A stretch of 64,000 bases of DNA from Pelagibacteraceae bacterium AG-349-E10. GTDB taxonomy: Bacteria; Pseudomonadota; Alphaproteobacteria; HIMB59. Below, in pieces: positions 1-10,725 of this stretch; positions within the stretch are counted from its first letter, which is position 1; each line of letters opens with the position of its first letter. The stretch is from contig QCDA01000003.1 of assembly GCA_003281065.1 (NCBI GenBank), positions 19,772 to 83,771 of the forward strand. Reading direction: 5' to 3'. A program made the position numbers and the translations under genes. Below the pieces are notes generated by a model that worked only from the letters and a program-made list of their open reading frames with translations, was not told the DNA's origin and made no database searches.

Positions 1-1
1 C

Positions 2-733
2 ACAAAGGTTCTCTCTTTAACACACATGTCAAATGTAACTGGCCAAATACTTGATATTAAAAAGATTAAAAAATCAATTAATAAAGATACTTATGTTGCC
101 GTTGATGGTTGTCAATCAATAGCACACTTAAAAATTGACGTAAAAGATTTGGATTGTGATTTTTACTCTTTTTCATCTCATAAACTTTATGGTCCATCTG
201 GTATTGGAATTATGTATGGTAAAGAAGATATTTTAAATAAATTAAATCCTCCAACACTTGGAGGAGGGATGATCAATGAAGTTTCATCAAATGATTTTTC
301 CTATGCTATGTTACCTAATAAATTTGAACCGGGTACGCCTTCAATTGAGGCAGCAATTGGCTTCAAAACAGCTATGGAATATTTGAATAATAATAATTAC
401 CAAGACTATTTTCTGAATGAAAAAAAACTCAGATCTACATTAATTGAAGCTTTACGTGAATTCAAAGAAGTAGATATATATGGCTCTAATGAAGATGGAA
501 ATGCAACATCCATTGTTTCTTTTAATATTAAAAACCAAAATTTTAATGATATTGCCACTTTTCTTGACCAGTATGGAATTATGATTAGAGGAGGTCACCA
601 TTGTTGCCAACCATTTATGAAAAAGTTAGGTATCCCTGGTTCTTGCAGAGTCTCTTTTGGTATTTATAACGACCTTAATGATATTGATCATTTTATAGAC
701 TCTTTGAAAAAAACTCTAAAACTTCTTCAATAA
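2..733 (+). CDS. sufS: SufS-type cysteine desulfurase (5'-truncated by window edge)
   Basis: Frame open from position 2; SSHKLYGPSGIG PLP-lysine motif and RGGHHCCQP catalytic Cys motif of group II desulfurases; followed by other suf genes. Confidence 0.9.
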   Translation, partial: TKVLSLTHMSNVTGQILDIKKIKKSINKDTYVAVDGCQSIAHLKIDVKDLDCDFYSFSSHKLYGPSGIGIMYGKEDILNKLNPPTLGGGMINEVSSNDFSYAMLPNKFEPGTPSIEAAIGFKTAMEYLNNNNYQDYFLNEKKLRSTLIEALREFKEVDIYGSNEDGNATSIVSFNIKNQNFNDIATFLDQYGIMIRGGHHCCQPFMKKLGIPGSCRVSFGIYNDLNDIDHFIDSLKKTLKLLQ

Positions 734-736
734 GCT

Positions 737-1126
737 ATGGATAATAAAACACTCTCTGACTTTATGCCAAAAGTAAGTTCTGAAGGTGAGATTACTTACG
801 GAGAAAAATCGTCATCACAGTCAGTGACATTAACAAATGATCATATAATCAAAGTTCTCACAGATATAAAAGATCCTGAAATGGATATGAATATTTATGA
901 TCTTGGTTTAATTTACGACATATCAATAGATAATTTTAACAATATTAAAATTATCATGACACTGACAACAGTTAACTGTCCAGTTGCCGATAGTTTTCCA
1001 TTAGAGGTTGCTAAAAAAGTTCATGAACTAAATGATGTAGGACAAGTCAGTATAAAACTAACCTTTCAACCACCATGGAATAAAGATATGATGAGTGAAA
1101 ATGCAAAGTTAGCTTTAGGTTTTTAG
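737..1126 (+). CDS. DUF59/SufT-like Fe-S cluster assembly protein
   Basis: DPE...NIYDLGLIY, MTLT..NCP and F.PPW..DMMS motifs; suf context. Confidence 0.85.
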   Translation: MDNKTLSDFMPKVSSEGEITYGEKSSSQSVTLTNDHIIKVLTDIKDPEMDMNIYDLGLIYDISIDNFNNIKIIMTLTTVNCPVADSFPLEVAKKVHELNDVGQVSIKLTFQPPWNKDMMSENAKLALGF

Positions 1127-1127
1127 T

Positions 1128-1463
1128 ATGACCAGTCCTTTATTTTCATTATCCAAAACTGCTGAAGAACAAATTTCTAAATTATTAGTCAATAATAGTA
1201 ATGCTATTGGTTTAAAGATTGGCTTAAGCACTAAAGGTTGTGCAGGATTGAGTTATACAATGGAGTATGTGAGTAATGATAACATACAAGGTTGTGAGCT
1301 AGTCAATGATTACAAGTTTCCTCTTTATATTGAGGACAAAGCAGTTATGTATGTAATAGGCACAGAAATGGACTTTATTAAAGAAGAATTTGGAGAAAGG
1401 TTTATTTTTAAAAATCCTAATCAGACTAGTGAATGCGGTTGTGGTGAGAGTTTTCACGTTTAG
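1128..1463 (+). CDS. A-type Fe-S carrier (SufA/IscA/HesB family)
   Basis: GCAGLSY and C-terminal CGCGESF motifs. Confidence 0.9.
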   Translation: MTSPLFSLSKTAEEQISKLLVNNSNAIGLKIGLSTKGCAGLSYTMEYVSNDNIQGCELVNDYKFPLYIEDKAVMYVIGTEMDFIKEEFGERFIFKNPNQTSECGCGESFHV

Positions 1464-1475
1464 ATTTTAGTTATA

Positions 1476-2333
1476 TTGATGGCAATCTTATTGGGTATTC
1501 TCTCAGCTTTTAGTTTTGGTGTTGGAGATTTTTTAGCTAGATTTTCATCAAAGGAAGTTGGATTTAAAAATTCACTTTTTTGGATGCTGGTTGTTGGCTC
1601 AATATTTTATTTAATTTTATTCTATTTTTTTGGAAGTGGTCTTTCTCCAAACGCGATTGGTTTGAGTAATTGTTTCCTATCAGGAATATTAATAATGTTT
1701 GGACTTCTTTGTTTATACAGAGGTCTTCAAATGGGACCAGTATCAATTGTAGCCTCGATAACAGCGACCAACCCTTTTTTTGTTTTTGTCATAAGATTTT
1801 TTTTAGGAAGTGAACCCACACTGACTCAGTGGATTGCCACTCTTGTTGTAATATCCGGCGCTATATTTGTATCCATAAGTGCTGATAGTTTTAAAGAAAG
1901 CCTAGGTTTGTCAAAAAAACAGATAAAAGAATCTCTAATTGTGTCATTTATGGCAAGTGGTATGCTGGCTTTGGGTCTTATTTTTTCTCAAGAGGCCTCT
2001 AATTCTTTAGATCCAATTGAGGCTGTTATATATGTAAGATTTTTTAGCTTATTGGGTATTGCTTCCTTATTATTTTTTATGAAGTCTAAAATAACACTGA
2101 CAAAAAAAGCAGTTCCTATTTTATTTTTTCAAGGAATATTAGAAACTACAGGTTATTTTTGTTTGGTCTCTGCATATGCTTTTGACAAAGTGAGTATTGC
2201 AGTAGTCATTTCTTCAGGTTTTGGTCTTGTAACAGTTTTATTGGCTAGACTAGTTTTAAAAGAAAAAATATCTAAAATTCAAACTTTAGGTATCTCTTTA
2301 ACTTTCATTGGTGTTGTTGGTCTTACTATCTAA
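1476..2333 (+). CDS. EamA/DMT family transporter
   Basis: About 10 hydrophobic segments in two repeats; LKEKIS...G motif. Confidence 0.8.
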   Translation: MMAILLGILSAFSFGVGDFLARFSSKEVGFKNSLFWMLVVGSIFYLILFYFFGSGLSPNAIGLSNCFLSGILIMFGLLCLYRGLQMGPVSIVASITATNPFFVFVIRFFLGSEPTLTQWIATLVVISGAIFVSISADSFKESLGLSKKQIKESLIVSFMASGMLALGLIFSQEASNSLDPIEAVIYVRFFSLLGIASLLFFMKSKITLTKKAVPILFFQGILETTGYFCLVSAYAFDKVSIAVVISSGFGLVTVLLARLVLKEKISKIQTLGISLTFIGVVGLTI

Positions 2334-3222
2334 TTAAATTTTGAAGCCTCTTTTTATCAAAACGATATGAATTCATCGCGATAGCTAAGCAAATAATAAT
2401 TCCTCCTATAATTGTATTAATATCTGGTGTTTCATTGATACCCAGAATAGGTAGCCACGCCCAAAAAATTCCTCCAACTACTTCTAATAAAGATAGCATT
2501 GTTAGTTCTCCCGAGAGGAGTTGTTTTGAACCAATGCTAAACAGGATAAGCCCAGTTGCTACGATCAAACCGTGAGTCATACTCAACAAAATATTTCTGA
2601 AGGGTAAATAGATTTCTTGATTATTAAAAATCAACAAAAAGGTGGAAATAACTGCGCAAAAAATTCCTGCATAAATCAAAATATAAAATTTTTTAAAGTT
2701 ACTTTTGCTTCTTAAAGCAACCGTGAATGCTGCAAAGCCAAGACTTGATATAAAGCCCATAATTAGTCCATACAACGAACCACTAAAGGCACTTGCATAT
2801 ATCATTATTAAAGCACCAATAAACGCAATAATCATAGTTATAAAATTTTGTTTTGAGATTTTCTCTTGAATAAACACTAGGGCAATTAATGATGCTAAAA
2901 AAGGCATTAACGCCAACATAAATAGAGTAACTGCGGCAGTTGTATTGCTTATTGAATAAATAAAACCAACCATGGCTGTTGATAAACTAAGACCACCAAT
3001 CACAGAAACTTTATCTATTTTGATTAAATTCATAAAAAAATCTTTTTGCTCATTAAGAATAAGATATGTGGCGATGATAATTGCAACTGTAAGCCCTCTA
3101 ATCACAAGGTAGGGGAGTTGATAGATTTGAGGGTCTATCATATTTTTGACCACCAGTGGTCCAAAACTCCATATTAATCCACTTAAAACTACTATAATTA
3201 CTGCCTTTATGTGGTCGCTCAT
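2326..3222 (-). CDS. EamA/DMT family transporter
   Basis: About 10 TM segments; EKIS and E.P...TIIGG motifs. Confidence 0.8.
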   Translation of the reverse strand: MSDHIKAVIIVVLSGLIWSFGPLVVKNMIDPQIYQLPYLVIRGLTVAIIIATYLILNEQKDFFMNLIKIDKVSVIGGLSLSTAMVGFIYSISNTTAAVTLFMLALMPFLASLIALVFIQEKISKQNFITMIIAFIGALIMIYASAFSGSLYGLIMGFISSLGFAAFTVALRSKSNFKKFYILIYAGIFCAVISTFLLIFNNQEIYLPFRNILLSMTHGLIVATGLILFSIGSKQLLSGELTMLSLLEVVGGIFWAWLPILGINETPDINTIIGGIIICLAIAMNSYRFDKKRLQNLIR

Positions 3223-3263
3223 TTTAAGAAATTAACTTATTTTATAAATTAACTTTTTAATAG

Positions 3264-5048
3264 TTAATTACTGATAAAGAAATCCGAGAGAGTTTTAATA
3301 TTATCAAAAGAAGTATTCTTACCCTCATTGCTTCTTAGAGTAAATGAGTCTGACTCAATCTCTTTCTCACCCATTACTAGAGAATAGGGTATCTTTTTAG
3401 AAACAGAATTTCTTATTTTATAACCCAATTTGTTATCAGATCCATCAACAATTACTCTTACACCCAGTTTTTGAAGTTCCCCTTTAATTCGGTTACTATG
3501 ATCAACAAATTTTTCAGACACAGGGAGAATTGCAAGTTGTATAGGCGTAACAAATAAGGGAAGCCAGCCATTAGTGTTTTCAAGAATAATTGCTATAAAC
3601 CTTTCTAGAGATCCGACAACTGCTCGGTGTATCATAATTGGAACTTGATTTTTGTCATCTTTGTCTTTGTATTTTGCACCCAATCTATCAGGGAGATTGA
3701 AGTCAATTTGTATCGTTCCACATTGCCATTCTCGACCCAGTGAGTCCTCTAATGTAAATTCTATTTTTGGGCCATAGAATGCCCCTTCACCCTCTAAAAT
3801 ATTAAATTCTTTATTGTTGTCTTTTAAAACTTTTTTTAACTGATTTTCTGCATTGTCCCAGTTTTCTTGCGTACCAATACTTTTTTCTGGGCGAGTAGAA
3901 ATATTATATTTTATTTTTTCAAATCCAAACTTTTTATACACTCTCTCAATTAATAGGGTTGTCTCATTACAAACATCATATATTTGTTCAGCAGAACAAA
4001 ATATGTGGGCATCATCTTGAGTAAAACCTCTAACTCTAAATAATCCATTTAGAGCTCCAGAGGGTTCGTATCTATGACACTTACCAAACTCCGAGTATCT
4101 AAGTGGTAAATCTTTGTAAGTTATTAGTTGAGAGTTAAATAAAACAATATGACATGGACAATTCATAGGTTTTAGTGCAAATGTCTTGTTGTCAGTTTCT
4201 GATGTAAACATATTTTCTTTAAAATTGTCCCAATGACCAGACTTTATCCAAAGCTCATTTGATACTAGCTCAGGTGTTTTTACTTCAAAATAATTAAGTT
4301 TTTGTTGCTCAAAGCGAATATATTTTTCGATATTTTGATACAATGTTAAGCCTTTATCTTTCCAAAATACATTCCCTGCTGATAAATCAGTTAGAAGGAA
4401 CAAACCCATATCTGTGCCCAATCTTCTATGATTTCTTTCTTTAGCCTCTTCTAAATTTTTTAAATAAACTCGAAGTTCTTTCTCAGAATACCAAGCGGTT
4501 GCATAAATTCTTTGAAGCATTTTGTTAGTGCTAATACCTCTCCAATAAGCCCCTGATACATTTGTTATTTTAAAGCTGGCATTATAATCTTTTGTGCTTT
4601 TATGATGAGGACCTTTACAAAGGTCAGTAAAATTTTTTTGCTCATAGAGTGTTATTTCATCAGAATTATCTAAATTATTAATAAGCTCCAATTTATATTT
4701 ATTATCTTTAAATATTTCTGATGCCTCTTTTTTAGTTACAGCTCTCTTTAAAAAGTTTCTTCCCTCTAAAAGAATTTCTTTCATTTTTTTTTCTATATTA
4801 GCTAAGTCATCATCTGATAGAGTGCTTTCCATATCAAAGTCATAATAAAAACCGTTCTTTATGAAAGGACCAATAGTTGGTTTAGCATTTGGGAAAAGAG
4901 TAATTACAGCTTCAGCCAAAATATGAGCCATATCATGCCGCATTATATTTAATGCATCATCAGATTTAGGTTTAATGGGAGTGCTATTTTCAACTTCAGT
5001 GTCCCAATAATTATTATTCGAGTCTTTATATGCTATTATATCGCTCAT
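3264..5048 (-). CDS. thrS: Threonine--tRNA ligase (shortened N-terminal TGS region)
   Basis: RHDMAH and DLCKGPH editing motifs; KPMNCP, GLFRVRGFTQDDAH, GAFYGPK, IHRAVVGSLERF. Confidence 0.97.
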   Translation of the reverse strand: MSDIIAYKDSNNNYWDTEVENSTPIKPKSDDALNIMRHDMAHILAEAVITLFPNAKPTIGPFIKNGFYYDFDMESTLSDDDLANIEKKMKEILLEGRNFLKRAVTKKEASEIFKDNKYKLELINNLDNSDEITLYEQKNFTDLCKGPHHKSTKDYNASFKITNVSGAYWRGISTNKMLQRIYATAWYSEKELRVYLKNLEEAKERNHRRLGTDMGLFLLTDLSAGNVFWKDKGLTLYQNIEKYIRFEQQKLNYFEVKTPELVSNELWIKSGHWDNFKENMFTSETDNKTFALKPMNCPCHIVLFNSQLITYKDLPLRYSEFGKCHRYEPSGALNGLFRVRGFTQDDAHIFCSAEQIYDVCNETTLLIERVYKKFGFEKIKYNISTRPEKSIGTQENWDNAENQLKKVLKDNNKEFNILEGEGAFYGPKIEFTLEDSLGREWQCGTIQIDFNLPDRLGAKYKDKDDKNQVPIMIHRAVVGSLERFIAIILENTNGWLPLFVTPIQLAILPVSEKFVDHSNRIKGELQKLGVRVIVDGSDNKLGYKIRNSVSKKIPYSLVMGEKEIESDSFTLRSNEGKNTSFDNIKTLSDFFISN

Positions 5049-5377
5049 AATTCTAATTTTTTATAAAAACAACTTTTTTTACCCGTATGGCAAGCGCCAA
5101 TGCCTTCAAGCTCAACTTCATAAATCAAAGCGTCACTGTCACAATCAGTATAAATATTAATAATATTAAGTTTGTTGCCAGATGTTTCGCCTTTTAACCA
5201 TAATTTTTTTTTACTTCTACTCCAAAAGTGTGCTTTTTTTGTTTTTACTGTCATTTCAATAGAATTTTTATTTGAGTAGGCCATCATAAGAATTTCATTA
5301 GTTGACTTCTCTTGAGCAATCGTAGGTATTAGCCCATCAGAATTAAAAACTAGGTGATTTATGTTGAAATTTTCCAA
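5045..5377 (-). CDS. hisI: Phosphoribosyl-AMP cyclohydrolase
   Basis: WSRS...LW.KGETSG, DCD.D and ACHTG..SCF motifs. Confidence 0.93.
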   Translation of the reverse strand: MENFNINHLVFNSDGLIPTIAQEKSTNEILMMAYSNKNSIEMTVKTKKAHFWSRSKKKLWLKGETSGNKLNIINIYTDCDSDALIYEVELEGIGACHTGKKSCFYKKLEL

Positions 5378-5443
5378 TGTCTTGATTTTTAATGATTTTT
5401 ACTTTTATTAAAGTATTTTTCAATTATTAAAAGAATTTTTTCG

Positions 5444-6370
5444 ATGAATTATTATTTAGCACCAATGATGGGTTACACAGACTGCTATTTTAGAAGTTTA
5501 GTGGAAAACATTTATGGAAATAGTGTAACTACTTTTTCTGAAATGATAGTGGATAAAGCAATCATCCACAATGAGACCAAAACAATAACCAAGCATTTTT
5601 TAAAAAATAATAAAAGCGCCATTCAAATTGCAGGCTCAGATCCTGAAGAAATTAAAAGAACAATAAATATTTTGAATAAAGTAGATATTATTAAACATGT
5701 AAATTTCAATTTAGGGTGCCCAAGTTCTAGAGTTCAAGAAAATATGCTTGGTTTAGCTTTAACCCAAAAGTATGACTTAGTAAAAAAATGTTTATATGAA
5801 TTGATCAAATATAATAAAGATGTATCAGTAAAATGTAGACTTGGCTTAGGTATGTATGAGGATAAGAGTTATATTTTTGATTATCTTAAATTGTTTAATG
5901 AAATAGGAATTAAAAAAGTATTTATACATTGTAGAAATGGTGTTTTGAACTTAGATACCAAAAAAAATAGAACAATTCCGAAAATTAATTACAATTTATT
6001 TTTAGAGTGTTGTGATCAATTTCCTGAAATGGAACTTATCCCTAACGGTGAGGTTAATGATTTAGCAACCTTTAAATTTTTTCAGTCAAAAAATATTACT
6101 CAATTTATGATTGGTAGGCAATTTGCGAAAGATGCTTTTTTTTTAGAAAAATTAGATCTTGAGAATATCAAAAAGAAGACAACTTCAATAATTAATACAA
6201 TAAATGAATTAGAGCATTACAAATATTTAAATATTAATTTATTAAAAAAAAGTATATTCACTGCACTTAGTAACATATCAAATTCCAAAAAAGTAAAAAA
6301 AGAAATCTCAGTTATTGATAATTATAGTGGCTTACTAAATTATTTTGAGAGGAATGCTATTTGGAGTTAA
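5444..6370 (+). CDS. dusA: tRNA-dihydrouridine synthase (DusA-like)
   Basis: LAPMMGYTD, NFNLGCPSSRVQ, VSVKCRLG, NR.IP.I.Y, NGEV, MIGR. Confidence 0.8.
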   Translation: MNYYLAPMMGYTDCYFRSLVENIYGNSVTTFSEMIVDKAIIHNETKTITKHFLKNNKSAIQIAGSDPEEIKRTINILNKVDIIKHVNFNLGCPSSRVQENMLGLALTQKYDLVKKCLYELIKYNKDVSVKCRLGLGMYEDKSYIFDYLKLFNEIGIKKVFIHCRNGVLNLDTKKNRTIPKINYNLFLECCDQFPEMELIPNGEVNDLATFKFFQSKNITQFMIGRQFAKDAFFLEKLDLENIKKKTTSIINTINELEHYKYLNINLLKKSIFTALSNISNSKKVKKEISVIDNYSGLLNYFERNAIWS

Positions 6371-8685
6371 AGAGATTATATAAATCTTCCACTTTTTTAT
6401 CAAAATTTGAATATCTTAATAATTCTTATAATATTTCTAAGGTTGATGCACAATTAATACTTAACCACTACAAAAGCAATATAAAAAAATATTCTAATTC
6501 CTCTACAACTAACTTTTCAAATATATATAAACTTAAAAATGAGCTTATTTATTTAATTTTTATATCAATTCATCAAAATTTGATTTCTCAGTCTAATGGA
6601 TCAAGACTGTGGTCAATTTTATGCAAAAATATTTTAAGTAAAATCATTAATACCAATTTATACAGATCATTTAATAATAGTTTAAAAAAATATTATTTTA
6701 TTTTAGGTATGGGTAAAATTGGTGTAAGAGATTTAAATTTTGCCTCTGATATTGATATAATCATATTCTATGACTCCAAAAATAGTCCTATCTCTCTTCA
6801 AGATTTTAATAAATCTATAAAGAAAACCATTAGTGAAATTTCGAATATTTCTGAGTCTTTTTTTCATAAAATAGATTTAAGGTTACGACCAGATTTTGGT
6901 GATTCATTAATTATATCTGACATGGATCAAGCAATTAATTATTATACATCAGTTGGCAGAAACTGGGAGAGGTTGGCATTTCATAGATCTAGTTTTTTGT
7001 GTGGTAATATTCAAAAATATTTCTCATTTAAGGTGGCAATAAAAAGTTTTTTATTTAGAAGAACATTTGACTATTACGCTATAGATGAAATTAAAAAACT
7101 CTTTGCCTCCAATAATACTGAACAAAAGCTAGATATAAAAAATTCTTATGGCTTTATTCGATCTTGTGAAAATATAATACACTTTAATCAACTTCTTTGG
7201 TCTGGAAAAATAAACTCTCTTAAAGAGAGTAATATTCATAAATTACTCATAAATTTTAAAGAACATGAAAATATAATTCCAAAAAATGACTTAAAGAATA
7301 TAACAGAAGCATATTATTACTTCCGTAAAATTGAGAATTATTTACATATAAAAAAGAATACTTTTCAAAATATAATTGACTCTAATGAAAACTATTTAAA
7401 CTTAGTATTAAATAATTTTTCAAACAAATTAGAAAAGCATAAATCTGAAATTCAAACAATATACCAACGTTTATTTTTCCCCAAAATTAATACTGAAAGT
7501 TTACGACGAGAAAAATTTAATGAATCTAGCCAAAAAATCATAGATAGTCTTCTCAAAAGAGCTGAGAAAATCAATAGTTCAGATACAGTAAAAAATGATT
7601 ATTTAGAGTCTATTTCAAGCCTTATAAATATTTTATCAACACATAATAAAAGAGACGATCTAATTATAAAATTTGACTATTTAATTAATTATTATAAGTC
7701 CGGTGTCCATTTAACTGCTTTATATAAGTATAATAATAAAATTTTTTTAGAGTTAGTTTTTATATTTGAGAATTCTTCAAAATTAACAAATCTTATTTAC
7801 AAAAATAATTTTTTAATAGAGTCATTAGTCTATTTTTTTAATTATGGCATACCTACTTTTAAGCTTAGAGAATTTTCTGATAATTTTGATTTAGATTTAA
7901 AAAAATCAATCCAAGATATTTATGAAATTTTATTCTTATTAGATTATTTGTTACTTTCAAAAAAAATAACTAATACTGACTTCCTCAAAAAACGAAATAC
8001 CGCTGTAAGAAAGTTTATTTTTTATATTTTTGAACTAGTTAAAAATGAATACATTATCAATAGAAGTAATATTTTCTCCGACTTAACACCAATTTTATTT
8101 GGAAGTTACGGTGTTAAAATGGCTACGAATTTTTCTGATTTAGATATTTTTTTTATATATCAATCAAACAAAAATAATCACATAGATAATATTAAAATTG
8201 TAAGGAGATTTTACTCTATAATGAAACAATATATTGACCCAAATATTCTAATAATTGATGATAGAAATAAACCTTTTGATAGAGACTCTGATCAAGTTAT
8301 TAATATTGAAAATTTCTTCTCATTTTATTCTAAGACCAGTGAACCATTTCATAAATTATCCTTTATAAAGATAAGTCTTCTAACAAATAATCTAAAATTA
8401 TCTAAATATTTTATTAAAATAAAAAATCAAATTATTTCAAACTTTTCTAAAATTGATAATGAATACTTTTTAAAAATAGTAGATATAAAAAATCCTCTAA
8501 AAAATAATAAAGATCTTTTTCAACTTTATAAAATTCAAGAAGATATCAGCCACATAAATAACAAAGAATTTTTATATGGAGATGATATTGATTACTTAAG
8601 AGAGTTACTTATGTTTGAAGATTTAACTGGCAACCCGTCTAATGTAGATAATAAAAAATATTTAGACAGGTTGCTTTTAAATTAA
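6361..8685 (+). CDS. glnE: Glutamine synthetase adenylyltransferase GlnE, shortened and divergent
   Basis: Two nucleotidyltransferase motifs (GMGKIG..DLNFASDID and GSYG......SDLD), IDLRLRP, NWER; adjacent to glnA. Confidence 0.8.
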   Translation: MELKRLYKSSTFLSKFEYLNNSYNISKVDAQLILNHYKSNIKKYSNSSTTNFSNIYKLKNELIYLIFISIHQNLISQSNGSRLWSILCKNILSKIINTNLYRSFNNSLKKYYFILGMGKIGVRDLNFASDIDIIIFYDSKNSPISLQDFNKSIKKTISEISNISESFFHKIDLRLRPDFGDSLIISDMDQAINYYTSVGRNWERLAFHRSSFLCGNIQKYFSFKVAIKSFLFRRTFDYYAIDEIKKLFASNNTEQKLDIKNSYGFIRSCENIIHFNQLLWSGKINSLKESNIHKLLINFKEHENIIPKNDLKNITEAYYYFRKIENYLHIKKNTFQNIIDSNENYLNLVLNNFSNKLEKHKSEIQTIYQRLFFPKINTESLRREKFNESSQKIIDSLLKRAEKINSSDTVKNDYLESISSLINILSTHNKRDDLIIKFDYLINYYKSGVHLTALYKYNNKIFLELVFIFENSSKLTNLIYKNNFLIESLVYFFNYGIPTFKLREFSDNFDLDLKKSIQDIYEILFLLDYLLLSKKITNTDFLKKRNTAVRKFIFYIFELVKNEYIINRSNIFSDLTPILFGSYGVKMATNFSDLDIFFIYQSNKNNHIDNIKIVRRFYSIMKQYIDPNILIIDDRNKPFDRDSDQVINIENFFSFYSKTSEPFHKLSFIKISLLTNNLKLSKYFIKIKNQIISNFSKIDNEYFLKIVDIKNPLKNNKDLFQLYKIQEDISHINNKEFLYGDDIDYLRELLMFEDLTGNPSNVDNKKYLDRLLLN

Positions 8686-8686
8686 C

Positions 8687-10102
8687 TTAGTAATCGTAAT
8701 ACATGTCGAACTCTGCAGGTGTGACTAGCAGTTTATTTGGTTCGATTTCTTCTTCTCTTTTGTATTCGATATATGACTCGATTAAATCCTTAGTGAATAC
8801 ATTACCTTCTAAAAGAAAATCATGGTTTGATTCAAGATTGTTAATCGCTTCCTCAAGAGTACCAGGTACTTCTTTTACTTTAGATTGCTCTTCAGGAGGT
8901 AAATCATAAAGATTTTTATCCATTGGTTCACCAGGATCAATTCTATTCTTAATTCCATCTAAACCTGCCATAAGCATAGCTGAAAATGCTAAATAACCAT
9001 TTGCAGTTGCATCTGGACATCTAAACTCAACTCTTTTTGCTTTCGGAGATGGTGAGTATGCAGGGATTCTACATATAGCACTTCTATTTCTATTAGAGTA
9101 TGCAAGTTTTACCGGAGCCTCATAACCTGGAACTAATCTCTTATAAGAGTTAATAGTTGGATTTGTAAAGGCTAATAAAGATGGTGCATGCTTAAGCAAA
9201 CCACCAATATAAAATTTTGCTTCATCACTAAGATTGGCATATCCGCCTTCACCGTAAAATACTGGTTTACCGTTTGACCAAATACTTTGGTGACAATGCA
9301 TTCCTGAACCATTGTCGTTTGAAAGAGGTTTTGGCATAAAAGTAGCACTTAAACCATTACTTTTTGCTGTGTTTCTTACAACGTATTTATATTTTTGAAG
9401 ATCATCGGCCATCTTAACCAACGTGTCGAATTTTAAATCAATCTCACATTGACCAGCAGTAGCAACTTCGTGGTGTTGCGCTTCAACGCTCATACCAATA
9501 GCTACCATGTGATTTACCATTTCTGATCTAACATCTTGCATAGTGTCATGAGGTGGGCAGGGGAAATAGCCACCTTTATTTCTAACTTTATATCCTAGAT
9601 TTGGACCTTCATCTGTGCCTGTATTCCAAACAGCTTCACCTGAGTCGACAGAGAAAGAAGAGTGATGAGGGTGCGTGTTTATTTGAACGTTATTGAAAAG
9701 AAAAAATTCAGCTTCTGGTCCAAAGAAAATACTATCTCCAACTCCTGAAGTTTTAACGTATTCTTCTGCTTTTTTTGCAACGTATCTTGGATCTTTATCG
9801 TACTTTTGTCCAGTAATTGGATCTTGAATATCACATATCAGAACTAGAGTAGGATCTGTAAAAAAGGGATCTACAAATGCAGTCTCAATATCTGGGATTA
9901 ATATCATGTCACTAGCTTCAATTGACTGAAAACATCTAATTGAAGAGCCGTCGAAACCAATACCTTCTTCAAATACGTCCATTTCAAATGTATTAATATG
10001 GTTTGAAAAGTGCTGCCATGTTCCTAAAGGATCTGTAAATCTAAAATCAATATACTTAATACCATTTTCATCGATCATTTTTTGTAATGATTTTTTGTCC
10101 AT
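8687..10102 (-). CDS. glnA: Glutamine synthetase type I
   Basis: FDGSSI, HHEVA, ATFMPKP..NGSGMHCH, NRSA..RIP, NLYDLP adenylylation site. Confidence 0.98.
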   Translation of the reverse strand: MDKKSLQKMIDENGIKYIDFRFTDPLGTWQHFSNHINTFEMDVFEEGIGFDGSSIRCFQSIEASDMILIPDIETAFVDPFFTDPTLVLICDIQDPITGQKYDKDPRYVAKKAEEYVKTSGVGDSIFFGPEAEFFLFNNVQINTHPHHSSFSVDSGEAVWNTGTDEGPNLGYKVRNKGGYFPCPPHDTMQDVRSEMVNHMVAIGMSVEAQHHEVATAGQCEIDLKFDTLVKMADDLQKYKYVVRNTAKSNGLSATFMPKPLSNDNGSGMHCHQSIWSNGKPVFYGEGGYANLSDEAKFYIGGLLKHAPSLLAFTNPTINSYKRLVPGYEAPVKLAYSNRNRSAICRIPAYSPSPKAKRVEFRCPDATANGYLAFSAMLMAGLDGIKNRIDPGEPMDKNLYDLPPEEQSKVKEVPGTLEEAINNLESNHDFLLEGNVFTKDLIESYIEYKREEEIEPNKLLVTPAEFDMYYDY

Positions 10103-10142
10103 CTAATAACCTCCTGAGTTGTTAACTTGGTTTGTGTAAAAA

Positions 10143-10520
<378 letters not shown>

Positions 10521-10546
10521 CTATACTATAAATTAATTCAATTTTT

Positions 10547-10624
10547 GGCGGGTGTAGCTCAGTTGGTTAGAGCGCCGGTTTGTGGTACCGGAGGTCGGGG
10601 GTTCAAGTCCCCTTACTCGCCCCA
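10547..10624 (+). tRNA. tRNA-His(GTG) with G at the -1 position, C73 and encoded CCA
   Basis: Cloverleaf: GCGGGTG/TACTCGC acceptor stem, CCGGT-TTGTGGT-ACCGG anticodon arm, GGTTCAAGTCC T arm. Confidence 0.95.
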
Positions 10625-10630
10625 ATTTGT

Positions 10631-10712
10631 GCGCCAGTGGCGGAATGGTAGACGCGCTGGTCTTAGGAACCAGTGGGCAACCGTGGGGGTTCGAGTCCCT
10701 CCTGGCGCACCA
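10631..10712 (+). tRNA. tRNA-Leu(TAG)
   Basis: GCGCCAG/CTGGCGC acceptor stem, CTGGT-CTTAGGA-ACCAG anticodon arm, variable arm, GGTTCGAGTCC, CCA end. Confidence 0.95.
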
Positions 10713-10725
10713 GAATACAAGTAAT

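Noticed and set aside
5444-6370. dusA as an island integration site
   Set aside because: The gene is intact with no adjacent integrase or duplicated fragment
10582-10725. 48-aa N-terminal extension of tig in the ORF track
   Set aside because: It reads through tRNA-His and tRNA-Leu; ATG 10726 gives a normal trigger factor start
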